A stretch of 63,988 nucleotides of DNA, counting the filler, from Malassezia furfur (Eukaryota), in the NCBI GenBank assembly GCA_052055015.1. It is 11 parts of 11 records of this genome, joined end to end, with 100 filler letters (N's around TTAATTAATTAA, not from the genome) between each part and the next. Parts side by side here need not be neighbours in the genome. Positions count along the whole stretch, not along the records: positions 1 to 5,904 come from JBQJIT010000573.1; positions 6,005 to 11,901 come from JBQJIT010000574.1; 9 more parts are not named here. One strand, given 5' to 3'. Shown piece by piece: positions 1 through 11,078 of this stretch. Below the pieces are notes generated by a model. That model worked only from the letters and a program-made list of their open reading frames with translations, searched no databases and was not told the origin of the DNA. Position numbers and translations under genes: made by a program. Positions within the stretch are counted from its first letter, which is position 1, and every line of letters starts with the position of its first letter.

Positions 1-1205
1 CGCCGTCGCACGCCTCGCCCGCCCAGGCGCGCAGCGCGCACCCCTACGCGCCGCCGTCGCGCTCCAACTCGGCCGCGAGCGTCGTGCCCAACATGCACAT
101 GTACCAGCCCGCGTCGGTGCCCGGCGTCGACGGCACCGCCGGCCCGGACAACTACCCCCACACCCCGACGTACGCGGCGGCCACCCCGCCGCACGACCCG
201 TACGCACGCTCCGCGGACGCCTGGGGCTTTGGCGCACAGCCCACCGGCACGCCGGGGCCCAACATGCCGTCGCTCGGCGCCGGGATGATGAACGATGCGA
301 CGGCGCAGATGGGCATGCAGTTTGGCCGGCACGTCGCGCAGGTCGGCGGCGAGTACATGCAGCGCAACGTACGTCCCTTTGACTCACCCCCCAGTTCCGC
401 GCCCTGCTCCCGATGCCGATGCTCAAGCACTACTTCAACGTGTCCAACTCGTACGTGCTGCACAAGCTGCGCATCATTGTGTTCCCGTGGCGGCACAAGC
501 CCTGGTCGCGCCGCCTGCGCTACACGACGCCGTACGGTGCGTCGGGCATCATGTCGCCGGGCCAGAGCGCGTCGCCGACGCCGTACGCGGGCATGAGCGC
601 GCCGGACCGGCCGCTGTCCGCGAACGGCGCCCGCCTCGCGAACGGCGCCGAGCCCGTGTCGTTCTGCCCGCCACGCGAGGACGTCAACAGCCCCGACATG
701 TATATACCCTGTACGTCGCTGCCCCCGACTGACCCACACAGCCATGGCGTTTGTGACGTACACCATCGCGACGTCGGCCATCTACGGACTCCGCGGACGC
801 TTCCACCCGGAAAACCTGGGGTACACTGCGTCGCGTGCGCTCGCGATCGTCGTGATCGAGTTCACCGCCGTGAAGCTGGGATGCTACCTGCTCAACATCC
901 AGGGGGACCACACCGTGTTCGACTTGGTGGCCTACTCAGGCTACAAGTTTGTCGGCACGCTCCTTGTGCTTGCCGTCGGCATGCTCCCGCTCGGCCGCTG
1001 GGCGTACTGGCTGACGTTCCTGTACGTGTTTGCGGCGAACGCCTTCTTCCTGCTGCGGTCGCTGCGCTACGTCGTGCTCCCGGACCCTTCGTCGCCGTCG
1101 AGCGTCACGGTGACCCAGGCGCAGCGCGCGACGCGCATCCAGTTCCTGTTTGCGATCGCCATGTCGCAGATCGTGTTTGGGTGGCTCCTTGTGATCGGCG
1201 TGTAG
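1..1205 (+). CDS. YIF1: Yif1-family ER-Golgi integral membrane protein, 5'-partial; introns 369-394 (26 nt) and 711-741 (31 nt)
   Basis: Splicing joins three ORF pieces into AQMGMQFG...LKHYFNVSNSYVLHKLRIIVFPWRHKPW...REDVNSPDMYIPSMAFVTY...DLVAYSGYKFVG, the Yif1 motifs. Frame is open to the window edge. Confidence 0.93.
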
Positions 1206-1329
1206 GCGCGCGTGCGTACATAGACAAGAAAAAAGGGGGTGTCCTACGTGCAGCCTGTGGCCAGCATCTGCACGGTGCGTCGGGCCATGCCACGTGCCGG
1301 TGTTGCACAGGCGGCAAGAAAATGAAAAC

Positions 1330-1361
1330 AAAAAAAAAAAACAAACAAACGGGCAAAAAAA
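1330..1361 (-). terminator. RNA polymerase III oligo-T terminator of the tRNA gene
   Basis: A-runs on + (T-runs on -) at 1355-1361 and 1330-1341, immediately 3' of the tRNA. Confidence 0.75.
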
Positions 1362-1364
1362 GAA

Positions 1365-1457
1365 TGACCAGCACGGGGCTCGAACCCGCAACCTCCTGAT
1401 GTGCTCGGTCCAGAGGACCTTCGTAGTCAGACACACTACCAATTGTGCTAACCGGCC
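1365..1457 (-). tRNA. tRNA-Arg(ACG) with a 20-nt intron (1401-1420) after position 37
   Basis: Reverse complement folds as a cloverleaf: acceptor GGCCGGT/GCTGGTC, D arm GCAC-AATTGGTA-GTGT, anticodon arm TCTGA-CT-ACG-A[intron]A-TCAGG, T arm GCGGG-TTCGAGC-CCCGT. 73 nt after removing the intron. Confidence 0.93.
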
Positions 1458-2024
1458 AGGCGTTGCAGAGGGGGGTACATTGTGACTACATAAGGGGTGG
1501 GCAGGATGGGGGGTCAGAGGCACCAGTTGTCGAAATCGGGCAGAATTATGAAAAGGGGCCAAATTGAGGCATCCATCAAGTGGAGCACACGCACGAAGGG
1601 TAGTAGTCCACCTACCGATCTCGGACGCGTTGCACCTATGGCATGACCGGCCTATGTACATAGTCGAAGTGAGGCACAAGAAAGGTGCGCAGCCACAACA
1701 CTGATGTGCGGCCGTAGAACTGATGCGTGTGCGGCTCGCTTGCAATAACGTGGGCCGTGCGCGCGAGTGCGCGAGTTTCTGCCCCCTTAACTACTTCCTC
1801 CCTTATCATCGCGCCGGAGCGAGCCACACTGCTGCACCACCACACCCCCACGGCCGTATGCCATCCTACGTCGCGCCAGTGCTCTGCCGACCACGCCGGG
1901 CCCCTCGCGCTGCTATAGGTCCGGCGCCGACCGCGCTCGTGCGGCCTCCACATTCGGCCGAAGAAGTTTTTTCGTAGTGGCCGTGCCCCTCGTCTTTCCT
2001 TGCACGATAGTTCGGTCGGACGAG

Positions 2025-5000
2025 ATGCGCAGCGAATCGCCCGCCTCGGACACGTCGTCGTCGGGCCCCGGCACGCCGCCGGAGCCGAGTGCGATGATGG
2101 GCGACAAGGACGCCGAGCTTGCGTCCTGGAACGAGCCACATACCTTCCACACGCTGTCGCGGCAGCGGCGATTCATGCACCCCAAGCACGACGCGCGCGA
2201 CGTGCCCGAGCTGCGCGAGATCACGCGCCCCCACGTCGAGAGCTTCAATGCGCTCTGGGCCGAGGACCCGTCGATCGATGCGGCACCGGGTGTGGGGCTC
2301 GAGGGCATGGGCCTGCTGGAGCGTAGCCTGCAGACGCTGCCGCCGCGCGTCGTGTTTGACGGGCACGGCGGCGAGGGCGACAAGGGCAACCGCCTCGAGA
2401 GTACGTTGTGCGGGTGGATACTGACGACGCAGTGCGCATTGATGCCGTGTCGCTGAGCCGCCCCCAGGTGCCGGACCGCGCGAAGGATGCGCTGGACCGC
2501 CGCGTGTTCCCCGACGAGTGCCGGCAGCGCCTGTCGACGTACCGCGGCCGGCTGACGGCGCGCATCTCGTGGAGCGTCAACAATGGCCCCGAGCAGAGCG
2601 ATATCCGGGACATGGGCCAGGTGCCGATCATGGTCGGCTCGAACCGGTGCAATCTGCGCGGGATGGGCTCCTCGGAGCTCGTGGCGCACCACGAGGAGCC
2701 GAACGAGATGGGCGGCTACTTTATCATCAACGGCAACGAGCGCCTGATGCGTTTCCTGATCCTGACCAAGGCGAACCATGTGATGGCGCTCGAGCGCCCG
2801 TCGTTTGTGCGCCGTGGCCCGTCGTACACGAGCAAGGCGTGCTCGATCCGGTGTCTGGGCAAGAACGACCTGGTGAGCGTCACCAACTCGGTGCACTACC
2901 TCGAGAACGGCGGTGTGACGCTGCGTTTCTCGTGGCGCAAGCAGGAGTACATGGTGCCGGTGGTGATGGTGCTCAAGGCGCTGGTGAGCGCGACGGACAA
3001 GGAGATCTTTGCGTCGATCGTCGGCTCGGACATCGACAACACGTTCCTCACCGACCGCGTGGAGCTGCTGCTGCGTGGCTTCAAGCGGTACGCGCTGTGG
3101 ACGGGCGAGCAGTGCCTCGAGTACCTCGGCGACAAGTTCCGGGTGGTGATGCGCGCGCCGGAGGACTGGACGAATGCGCAGGTCGGCGAGGAGCTGATCA
3201 ACCGGCTTGTGCTGCCGCACCTCGACCTGCCGCGCGAGAAGTACCGCCTGCTGGTGTTTATGGTGCGCAAGCTGTACGCGTTTGTGGCGGGCGAGTGCTG
3301 TGCGGACAACCCCGACTCGCCGCAGCACCAGGAGGTGCTGATGCCCGGCTTTTTGTACGGCGCGATCATCAAGGAGCGGCTGGACGAGTACCTGATCAAC
3401 GTGCGCAGCGTGCTTGCGCGCGACGTGCGCGCGCAGGCGAAGGAGTGCGACTTCTTCGACGCGCGCTACATCCAGCGCACGCTCGCGAAGGTGAACGGCG
3501 ATGTAGGTGCGCGCCTCGCGTCGTTCCTCGCGACGGGCAACCTGTCGTCGCCGAGCGGCCTGGACCTGCAGCAGGTCGGTGGCTTCACGATCGTCGCGGA
3601 GAAGCTCAACTTCTACCGGTACCTCGCGCACTTCCGCAGCGTGCACCGCGGCGCGTTCTTTGCCGAGCTGAAGACGACGACCGTGCGCAAGCTGCTGCCC
3701 GAGGCGTGGGGCTTCCTGTGCCCGGTGCACACGCCCGACGGCAGCCCGTGTGGCCTGCTGAACCACTTCTCGCACACGTGCCAGCTCACGACGCGCGACG
3801 CGGACGTCGCGGCGGTGCCGGCGCTGCTCACGTCGCTCGGCATGACCGAGGTGCTGGCGCCGAACATCAGCCCCAAGACGCACGTCGTGGTGCAGCTCGA
3901 CGGCGCGATCATCGGGTACGCGCCGCCGTCGCTCGCGCGGCACATGGCCAACGTGCTGCGCATCTGGAAGACCGAGGGGCGGGCGGGCGTGCCGCTCGAC
4001 CTCGAGGTGGGCTTTGTGCCGACGTCGCACGGCGGGCAGTACCCCGGCCTGTACCTCTTCTCCGGGCGCGCGCGCATGCTGCGCCCGGTGCGCTTCCTGT
4101 ACAACAACCGCACGGACCTGGTCGGGCCGTTTGAGCAGGTGTACCTCGAGATCGCGTGCCGCGACGAAGAGATCCAGCGCGGCGTCTCCACGCACGTCGA
4201 GACTGCGCCGACCAACGTGCTGAGCGTCATCGCGAACCTGACGCCCTTCTCCGACTTCAACCAGAGCCCGCGCAACATGTACCAGTGCCAGATGGGCAAG
4301 CAGACGATGGGCACGCCGTCGGGTGCGCTCGCGCGGCGCACGGACAACAAGCTGTACCGCCTGCAGTCCGGGCAGACGCCCGTCGTACGCCCGGCGCTGC
4401 ACAACAAGTACGCGATCGACGACTTCCCGAACGGCACGAACGCGATCGTCGCCGTGATCTCGTACACGGGCTACGACATGGAGGACGCCATGATCCTGAA
4501 CAAGTCGGCGTACGAGCGCGGCTTCGGGTACGGCACCGTGTACAAGTCGGAGGCGATCAACCTGCGCGACCTCGTGGGCGGCGCGCGCGCGAGCGGCGCG
4601 CTGCCGGTGCACTTTGGCTTTGGCGACGACGTGCGTGCGGACGACGCGCGGCGCACGCAGCTCGACGTCGACGGCCTGCCGTTTGTGGGCGACCTGCTCA
4701 CCAAGGGCAGTCCGCTGTACGCCGCGTACAACGAGGCGACGGGGCGCACGATCGTGAAGCGCTACAAGGGCGACGAGGCCGCGTACGTCGACACGGTGCG
4801 TGTGATCGGCAGCGACGCGGGCGACACCGAGTGCCAGCGCGTGCAGATCACCTTCCGCGTGCCGCGTGCGCCGGTGATCGGCGACAAGTTTTCGTCGCGC
4901 CACGGCCAAAAGGGTGTGTGCTCGCAAAAGTGGCCGGCGGTCGACATGCCGTTCAGCGAGAGCGGCATGCAGCCGGACGTGATCATCAACCCGCACGCGT

Positions 5001-5779
5001 TCCCGTCGCGCATGACGATCGGCATGCTCATCGAGAGCATGGCGGGCAAGGCGGGCGCCATGCACGGCATCGCCCAGGACGCGACGCCCTGGACGTTCAA
5101 CGAGCACGACACGCCCGTCGCCTACTTTGGCGAGCAGCTGCGCGCCGCGGGCTACAACTACATGGGCAACGAGCCGATGTACTCGGGCATCACCGGCAAG
5201 GAGCTGCGCGCCGACATCTACCTCGGCGTCGTGTACTACCAGCGCCTGCGCCACATGGTCAACGACAAGTTCCAGGTGCGCACCACCGGGCCCGTGCACG
5301 CGCTCACGCGCCAGCCCGTCAAGGGCCGCAAGCGCGCGGGCGGCATCCGCTTCGGCGAGATGGAGCGCGACGCGCTGCTGGCGCACGGCACGTCGTTCCT
5401 GCTGCAGGACCGCCTGCTGAACTGCTCCGACTATACCACGGCGTACGTGTGCCGCACGTGCGGCAGCCTCATCTCGCTCAGCTACGACGAGCACGCCGCC
5501 ATCTCCATCCCGGGGCTCGGCGCCGTGCAGACGATCGAGAGCCGCGACGAGCAGGCGACGCCGCTCGGACCCAAGGGCGAGTACTGCCGTGCGTGCCGCG
5601 CTGCCGCGCAGCACGGCCGCGCCGCCGCGCAAAAGGTGCCGCGCGTGAAGCTGCCCAAGCACCACCTCCTCCGCCGCGCAGGCGACCTCGATGTCGTGGC
5701 GGTGCCGTACGTGCTCAAGTACCTCGTTGCGGAGCTCGCCGCGATGAACCTCAAGATTCGCTTCCAGGTAGGCCCATAG
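2025..5779 (+). CDS. RPA135: RNA polymerase I second-largest subunit; intron 2401-2432 (32 nt)
   Basis: GGYFIINGNE, RKLLPEAWGFLCPVHTPDGSPCGLLNH, GDKFSSRHGQKG, YYQRLRHMVNDKFQVR, GGIRFGEMERD. The Pol I-type N-terminus (FHTLSRQRRF, PHVESFN) joins in frame after splicing. Confidence 0.96.
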
Positions 5780-5815
5780 TGCGGAGGCGTGTGGAACGTG
5801 TGCAGTGGCGGGCGG

Positions 5816-5904
5816 GCGGCGAGCCCAAGGAGGGGCGGTGCGCCCGGCCGTCCAGGAGCGGCGAGCCCAGCGCAGAGGGGCGGTGCGCCCGGCCGCCCAG
5901 GAGC
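5816..5904. repeat. Two imperfect tandem ~42-45 nt GC-rich units at the contig end
   Basis: GCGGCGAGCCCA..GAGGGGCGGTGCGCCCGGCCG(T/C)CCAGGA at 5816-5857 and 5858-5902. Confidence 0.75.
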
Positions 5905-6004
5905 NNNNNNNNNNNNNNNNNNNNNNNNNNNNNNNNNNNNNNNNNNNNTTAATTAATTAANNNNNNNNNNNNNNNNNNNNNNNNNNNNNNNNNNNNNNNN
6001 NNNN
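5905..6004. other. Artificial contig linker (N44-TTAATTAATTAA-N44)
   Basis: Six-frame stop linker. Identical 100-nt linkers at 11902-12001, 17861-17960, 23780-23879, 29680-29779, 35549-35648, 41413-41512, 47230-47329, 53039-53138 and 58845-58944. Confidence 0.99.
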
Positions 6005-7034
6005 GCGGCGCCGTACCCAGCGCGTGCATCGCCGCCGCCTCGTACGCGTCCGGATCCCACTGCTGCGCAGGCGCCTCGCGCGCCATTGCATTCATACGCT
6101 GCTGTGCGATCGCCAAGTTCTGCAGCTCGCGCCGCGAACGTGCAGGCGGAAGTGCGGCGCGCTCATCCGCGTCGGTCAGCTCGACGACGCCCGCGACCAA
6201 AAAGTCCTGCCAGTCAATCTCATTAAAGAGACTCTGCATGCGCTTCTCCTCGTGCGCCATGTCGCGCGCGCGGTCCGCGTGCCACTTGGCCCACGCAGCG
6301 CGCTTGCGCACGTCGCGCAGGACGTGCGTCCGCGCCCCACCGCGCCCCGGGCCTTGCAACGCGAGGCCCTCGCCGTGCGAGCACGCATGCACGTGGGCGA
6401 GGCGCTGTGCGGTCGGGTGCATCACGCGTCGGTACTGATCGACGAGCAGGTTGAAGTAGCTAAACAGTGGGTGCGCCGGCCGCAGAAACTCGAACTGGTA
6501 CGAGCGCGCCTCGCGCGCGAGGAGCCCCGTGGCGAACGCCGGCCCCCGGCGCGCGGTAAAGAGCGCGGTGAGCTTGAGCACGTCGAGGTCGACGGCCGGC
6601 ACGCCGGGGAACTCGATCGAGAACTCGTGCGCGGGCGGCTCCTCGGGCACGGCGGTGTCGGCGTGCGAGGCAGAGCGGTCCGCCTGCACGGCGGCCGTGA
6701 CCTGATCGGCGGCGCTGCCCGTGGAGAGCGGCGCGTGCTCCTGCGTGCCCTGGCGCGCCGCCTCGGTCTGTGTGCGGTAGTAGGCATAGTACGGGTCGCC
6801 CTCGTTCAGGAACGCAAACTTGGGGTTGCCTCGCTCCTGCTCGCGGATTTTCGCCTCGAAGCGCGGCCCGACGCGTGCGACGAACGACGCCGTCTTGTCG
6901 ACGATCGCACGCAGGTCGGGCGGCGGGTAGATCACCTCGCTGGTGTCGAAGCGGCTCGCCTTCTTCGCCTCGTCCGCAAGCGGCACAAGTTCCGACGGCG
7001 CGGCATGCGTCGGCGCCGGCAGGTCGAGCGGCAT
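6005..7034 (-). CDS. PRP21: Splicing factor 3a subunit 1 (two SURP/SWAP domains), 3'-partial
   Basis: [20 protein letters not shown]...[29 protein letters not shown]...[28 protein letters not shown]. Confidence 0.93.
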
Positions 7035-7085
7035 CGTCGTCGGCGCGAGAAGGCCACGTGGCCCAGGCACCTGCGTGACTCCACG
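7035..7085. promoter_or_regulatory. 51-nt bidirectional promoter with palindromic E-box GGCCACGTGGCC (7052-7063) and TGACTC (7076-7081)
   Basis: Lies between the divergent PRP21 and TRP2 start codons; both motifs are directly visible. Confidence 0.55.
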
Positions 7086-8619
7086 ATGGGCGAGGTGCGG
7101 CCGGCGCGCGACGAGGTGCGCGCGGCGCTGTGCGGCGATGCCGCGGCGCCCGCGCGCGGGACCATGATCCCGGTATACACGAAGCTGCCTGCAGACCTGC
7201 TGACGCCGGTGATGGCGTACTTGCGCCTGTCGGACGGTGCGCCGCGCGGGCACCAGAGCTTCCTGCTCGAGAGCGTGAACACGGGCGAGCGCGTGGGGCG
7301 CTACAGCTTCCTCGGCACGCGCCCGTTCGACGTCGTGCGCACGGGGCCCGGCCTCGAGCAGACGGGCGACCCGCTGCGGCACCTCGAGGCCAAGATGGCC
7401 GCGTACGAGTACGTGTCGCTGCCCGAGCTGCGCATGTTCACCGGCGGCGCCGTCGGCTACATTGCGTTTGACTGCATCGAGCACTTTGAGCCCAAGACGC
7501 GCCGCCCGCTGCGCGACCCGTTCGGCATGCCGGAGAGCGTGCTGATGCTGTGCGACACGGCGGTCATCTTTGACCACGTGTTCCAGAGCGTGTACTGCAT
7601 CGCGCACGTCTATGCGCCGCACGGCACCGCCCCCGAGGCCGTCGACGCGCGCTACGACGAGGCGGTCGCGCGCGTGCACGCGCTCGCGCGCGCCATCTTC
7701 CAGGAGCACACGCCGCTGCCCGCGCAGCCGCCGATCGCCGCGTCCAGCGCGCCGGAGAGCAACGTCGGCAAGGCGGGGTACGAGGCGTTTGTCACGTCGC
7801 TCCGCGAAAACATCCTGCACGGCGACATTTTCCAGGCGGTGCCGTCGCAGCGCCTCACGCGGCGCACGGCGCTGCACCCGTTCAACTGCTACCGCCACCT
7901 GCGGCGCATTAACCCAAGTCCGTATATGTTCTACATCGACTGCGGCGACGCGCAGCTCGTGGGCGCGAGCCCAGAGACGCTGTGCTGCGTGCAGCAGGGC
8001 AAGGTCGCGGTGCACGCCATCGCGGGCACCGTGCGGCGCGGCCGCACGCCCGCGGAGGACGCCGAGCTCGCGGCGCAGCTCGTCGCCTCGGAAAAGGACA
8101 AGGCGGAGCACATCATGCTCGTCGACCTCGCGCGCAACGACATCAGCCGGGTGTGCGACCCGCTCACCACGACGGTCGAGTCGCTGATGAACGTCGAAAA
8201 GTTCTCCCACGTCATCCACCTCACGAGCCGCGTCACGGGGCAGCTGCGCGCGAACCGCTCCAAGTACGACGCGCTGCGCTCCATTTTCCCCGCGGGCACG
8301 CTGTCGGGCGCGCCCAAGATCCGTGCCATCGAGCTCATCCGCGAGCTCGAGCAGGAGCGGCGCGGCGTGTACGGCGGCGCGGTCGGCCGCATCGACTTTG
8401 CGCGCGACGAGCTCGACGTGTGCATTGCCATCCGCACCATGGTGTTCAAGGACGGCGTCGCCTACCTGCAGGCGGGCGGCGGAATCGTGTTCGACAGCGT
8501 CGAGGAGGACGAGTACATCGAGACGATGAACAAGCTTGGAAGCAACCTGCGCTGCCTCGACGAGGCCGAAGGTATGTTTACACCACACTCACCCAGCGGC
8601 GTACCGTGTAGCGGCCTAA
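7086..8619 (+). CDS. TRP2: Anthranilate synthase component I; intron 8572-8596 (25 nt)
   Basis: SFLLES...[51 protein letters not shown]. Splicing gives C-terminus EAEAAYRVAA*. Confidence 0.95.
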
Positions 8620-8622
8620 AGC

Positions 8623-9042
8623 CTACCGCGCCAGACGCTCGAGCACACGTCGCACCCCATAGTGCGCAACACGTAGCGCCCACGCCGTGCGCTGCCGCGC
8701 ATGCTGTGCACCACGGACCACCGCGCGCCGCAGCACCAGCCATTCGCGCTCGCACTGCAGCAGGACGTCGGGCGCCGCGATGGGCGTCACGAGCGGCAGC
8801 GTCGGGCGCCGCGCACGCCGCGTAAACATATAGGCGAGCGCCGCGTAGACGAGCGCGGCGCAGACGAGACACAGGGGAATCAGGATTAGCAACTCGATCG
8901 TGTTTGTGTTGGGGATGCGTGAGGGAGCACTGCGTCAGCCGCACACCACGTACGGAGGCGGGTACATCGGCGCGCCGGCGCGGATGAGAGAAAGAGTGTC
9001 GTTGCGAACAGAGGGCGGGAGCGATTGCTCGATATGGTACAT
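8623..9042 (-). CDS. Hypothetical 131-aa single-pass membrane protein; intron 8930-8953 (24 nt)
   Basis: GTACGT..CTGACGCAG intron containing an in-frame TGA. Its removal fuses two ORFs in frame. Hydrophobic [23 protein letters not shown] is followed by RRARR. Confidence 0.6.
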
Positions 9043-9440
9043 GGCTGGGCCAGGCGGCGGCGCGCGGCCAAGCGGACGGTGCGCCGCATCACGGTGCGGC
9101 CGCAGATCGACGAGCCCAAGCGAGTACCGCGTGGCATGCGTCATCCCGACCTCGGATGCAAAGCACGGCGGCTGTGTGAGCGCGCGCAACGTACGCGATA
9201 AGGGTAGTCCGGGTACAGGACCATGTGCGCTGCCGGCGCCAAGGGCGTTCGGTGCGTCGAGAAAAACGCCAAGCACGCGGCCACTCACGGGCACGCGCCG
9301 GAATTAAGTTTGGGCGTCTGTGGAGGGGCCCGGCCGAGCCCTGGGGGAGGGAGGGCCCAGACGCCAGGGCAGCGGCAGCGGCGCAGGAGAGGCCAGGCGG
9401 CGAGGGCGCAGGCGCGCAGGGGGGGCACGCTACGACGACA

Positions 9441-9878
9441 CTACGAAAAGTCGCCCTTCATGAGCTTCTGCAGACGCTCGGGCGTGAGCTCAATGCCCGC
9501 CTTTTTCAGCTCCTCGACGACTGCGTCAGCGTGCGACGTACCTTTGCTCGTCGCCTGGCGCACGTCGCTCTTGGCCGCGAGGCGCGCGAGCGTGAACATG
9601 GATGGCTTCTCGCCCTTGGACAGGTCCATGCCGTGCGACTGGAGCACGTCCATGAGCTGACGGATCGCGGCAAGCGCGCCGGGCGACTCGCCGAGCTTCT
9701 CCATGCCCTTGGGCAGCGACGACGACGACGTCATCGAGTCGCGCTGGTCCTCGGACGCGCGCACCACCGCGGTCGTGTGCAGGTTGCGCGGAGACACACA
9801 CAGCGTGCGCGGCACAGCGACGCGCGGCGCACGCAGCGCCGCACGCAGCGGCAAAGTGCCCACACGGAAGGCCTGCAT
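9441..9878 (-). CDS. Small hypothetical protein with mitochondrial presequence-like N-terminus; probable 21-nt intron 9521-9541
   Basis: Arg-rich, acid-free N-terminus (MQAFRVGTLPLRAALRAPR...RNLHTTAVVRA), typical codon usage, canonical GTACGTCGCACGCTGACGCAG. Confidence 0.7.
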   Translation of the reverse strand: MQAFRVGTLPLRAALRAPRVAVPRTLCVSPRNLHTTAVVRASEDQRDSMTSSSSLPKGMEKLGESPGALAAIRQLMDVLQSHGMDLSKGEKPSMFTLARLAAKSDVRQATSKGTSHADAVVEELKKAGIELTPERLQKLMKGDFS

Positions 9879-9904
9879 CGTCGTGGGTGCTGACTCAGCC
9901 GACC

Positions 9905-11077
9905 ATGCGCCGCGGGCGGGGGGCGAGGACGGGGGCACTGCTGCTCGTGCTGCTCGCGCTTGCTGCGGCGGCGTGGGTGTGGCACACACCACCACGCACA
10001 CACGCACGCACACGCACCATCGTACAGCCCGTGTGGCGCCTGCGCGACGTGCACAGTTTCCTGGCGTCGCGGCGCGAGCGGCCGCTGGGTGCCCTGAGCG
10101 CCCCGGCGCCCGGCGCGTGGGAGCGCGTCGACGCCACGTTTCCGAACGTGAGCGACCTTCACACGCTGCGTACGCTCGCACATATGGCGACGCAGGCGTA
10201 CTACGCGACGCCCGCAGCGATCCCCGACGCGCCCGAGTGGTCCTGGGCGCACGGATTTGGGTGGGAGGACGAGGGCCTACGGGGCCACGTTTTCCGCATG
10301 GACGACGCGCGTGTGGTGGTCGTGGCGCTCAAGGGGACGAGCGCCTCCTTCCTGCCGGGCGGGCAGACGGGGCAGCGCGACAAGGAGAACGACAACCTGC
10401 TGTTCTCGTGCTGCTGTGCGCGCGTGGGCTCCGACTGGACGCCGGTGTGTGGGTGTGCGGACGATGCGCATCGGTGCGACAGCGCGTGCGTGAGCCGTGC
10501 GCTGCTGGAGCGCTCGCTGTACTACCCTGCGGCGACCGACCTGTACAACAACCTGTCCTACCAGTTCCCTAATAGCCAGGTGTGGATCACCGGGCACAGT
10601 CTCGGCGGCGTGCTCGCGAGCTTTTTGGGCATGACGTTTGGCGTGCCGGCGGTCGCGTTCGAGTCGCCGGGCGACCGCCTCGCGGCACAGCGGCTGCACC
10701 TCCCGCTGCCGCCCGGCTCGTGGTCGGACGAAGAGGCCTTTGCTCTTGCGCCGGTGACGCACGTCTACAACACGGCCGACTCGCTCGCAACCGGGCAGTG
10801 CCAGGGCCCGCTGTCGCTGTGCGGGCGCACGGGCTTTGCGATGGAGACGCGGTGCCACGCGGGGCAGAGCATCGTGTACGACACGACGCGCTACCTCGGG
10901 TGGTCCGTGGGGGTCCTGGCGCACCGCATCACGCAGGTCATCACCGAGCTCCTCACCGAGGACTGGGAGGCGCGCGCGCGGCGGGCAGGGCGCGCGCCCG
11001 CCGACGGCCTCGGGGCCGTGCCGCGGCCGGCGCGCGAGACGCTGTGCCAGGATTGCAACAATTGGCAGTTTACCTAG
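9905..11077 (+). CDS. ATG15: Atg15-like lipase (class 3) with N-terminal signal anchor
   Basis: FGWEDEGLRGHVF, VVALKGTS, DKENDNLLFSCCCARV, WITGHSLGG, AVAFESPGD, METRCHAG. May be a paralogue rather than the orthologue. Confidence 0.85.
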   Translation: MRRGRGARTGALLLVLLALAAAAWVWHTPPRTHARTRTIVQPVWRLRDVHSFLASRRERPLGALSAPAPGAWERVDATFPNVSDLHTLRTLAHMATQAYYATPAAIPDAPEWSWAHGFGWEDEGLRGHVFRMDDARVVVVALKGTSASFLPGGQTGQRDKENDNLLFSCCCARVGSDWTPVCGCADDAHRCDSACVSRALLERSLYYPAATDLYNNLSYQFPNSQVWITGHSLGGVLASFLGMTFGVPAVAFESPGDRLAAQRLHLPLPPGSWSDEEAFALAPVTHVYNTADSLATGQCQGPLSLCGRTGFAMETRCHAGQSIVYDTTRYLGWSVGVLAHRITQVITELLTEDWEARARRAGRAPADGLGAVPRPARETLCQDCNNWQFT

Positions 11078-11078
11078 T

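Noticed and set aside
1913..5665. 1250-aa antisense ORF over RPA135 (likewise 18937-22647 over RPN1, 47274-53027 over TRA1, and many alternate-frame R/A/P-rich ORFs)
   Set aside because: Shadow ORFs expected from extreme GC3 bias; no recognisable motifs. Only the last 261 codons of 18937-22647 look like a real gene.
5949..5960. Regularly spaced TTAATTAATTAA, superficially like an array or CRISPR repeat
   Set aside because: Embedded in Ns; an artificial six-frame stop linker. ORFs ending in X...LIN are artefacts of it.
8572..8825. Apparent C-terminal extensions, frameshifts or pseudogenes (TRP2, BRE1, TOA1, MAP2, RHEB, UBC12, polyol dehydrogenase)
   Set aside because: All are resolved by canonical 21-35 nt introns; no recoding or decay is needed.
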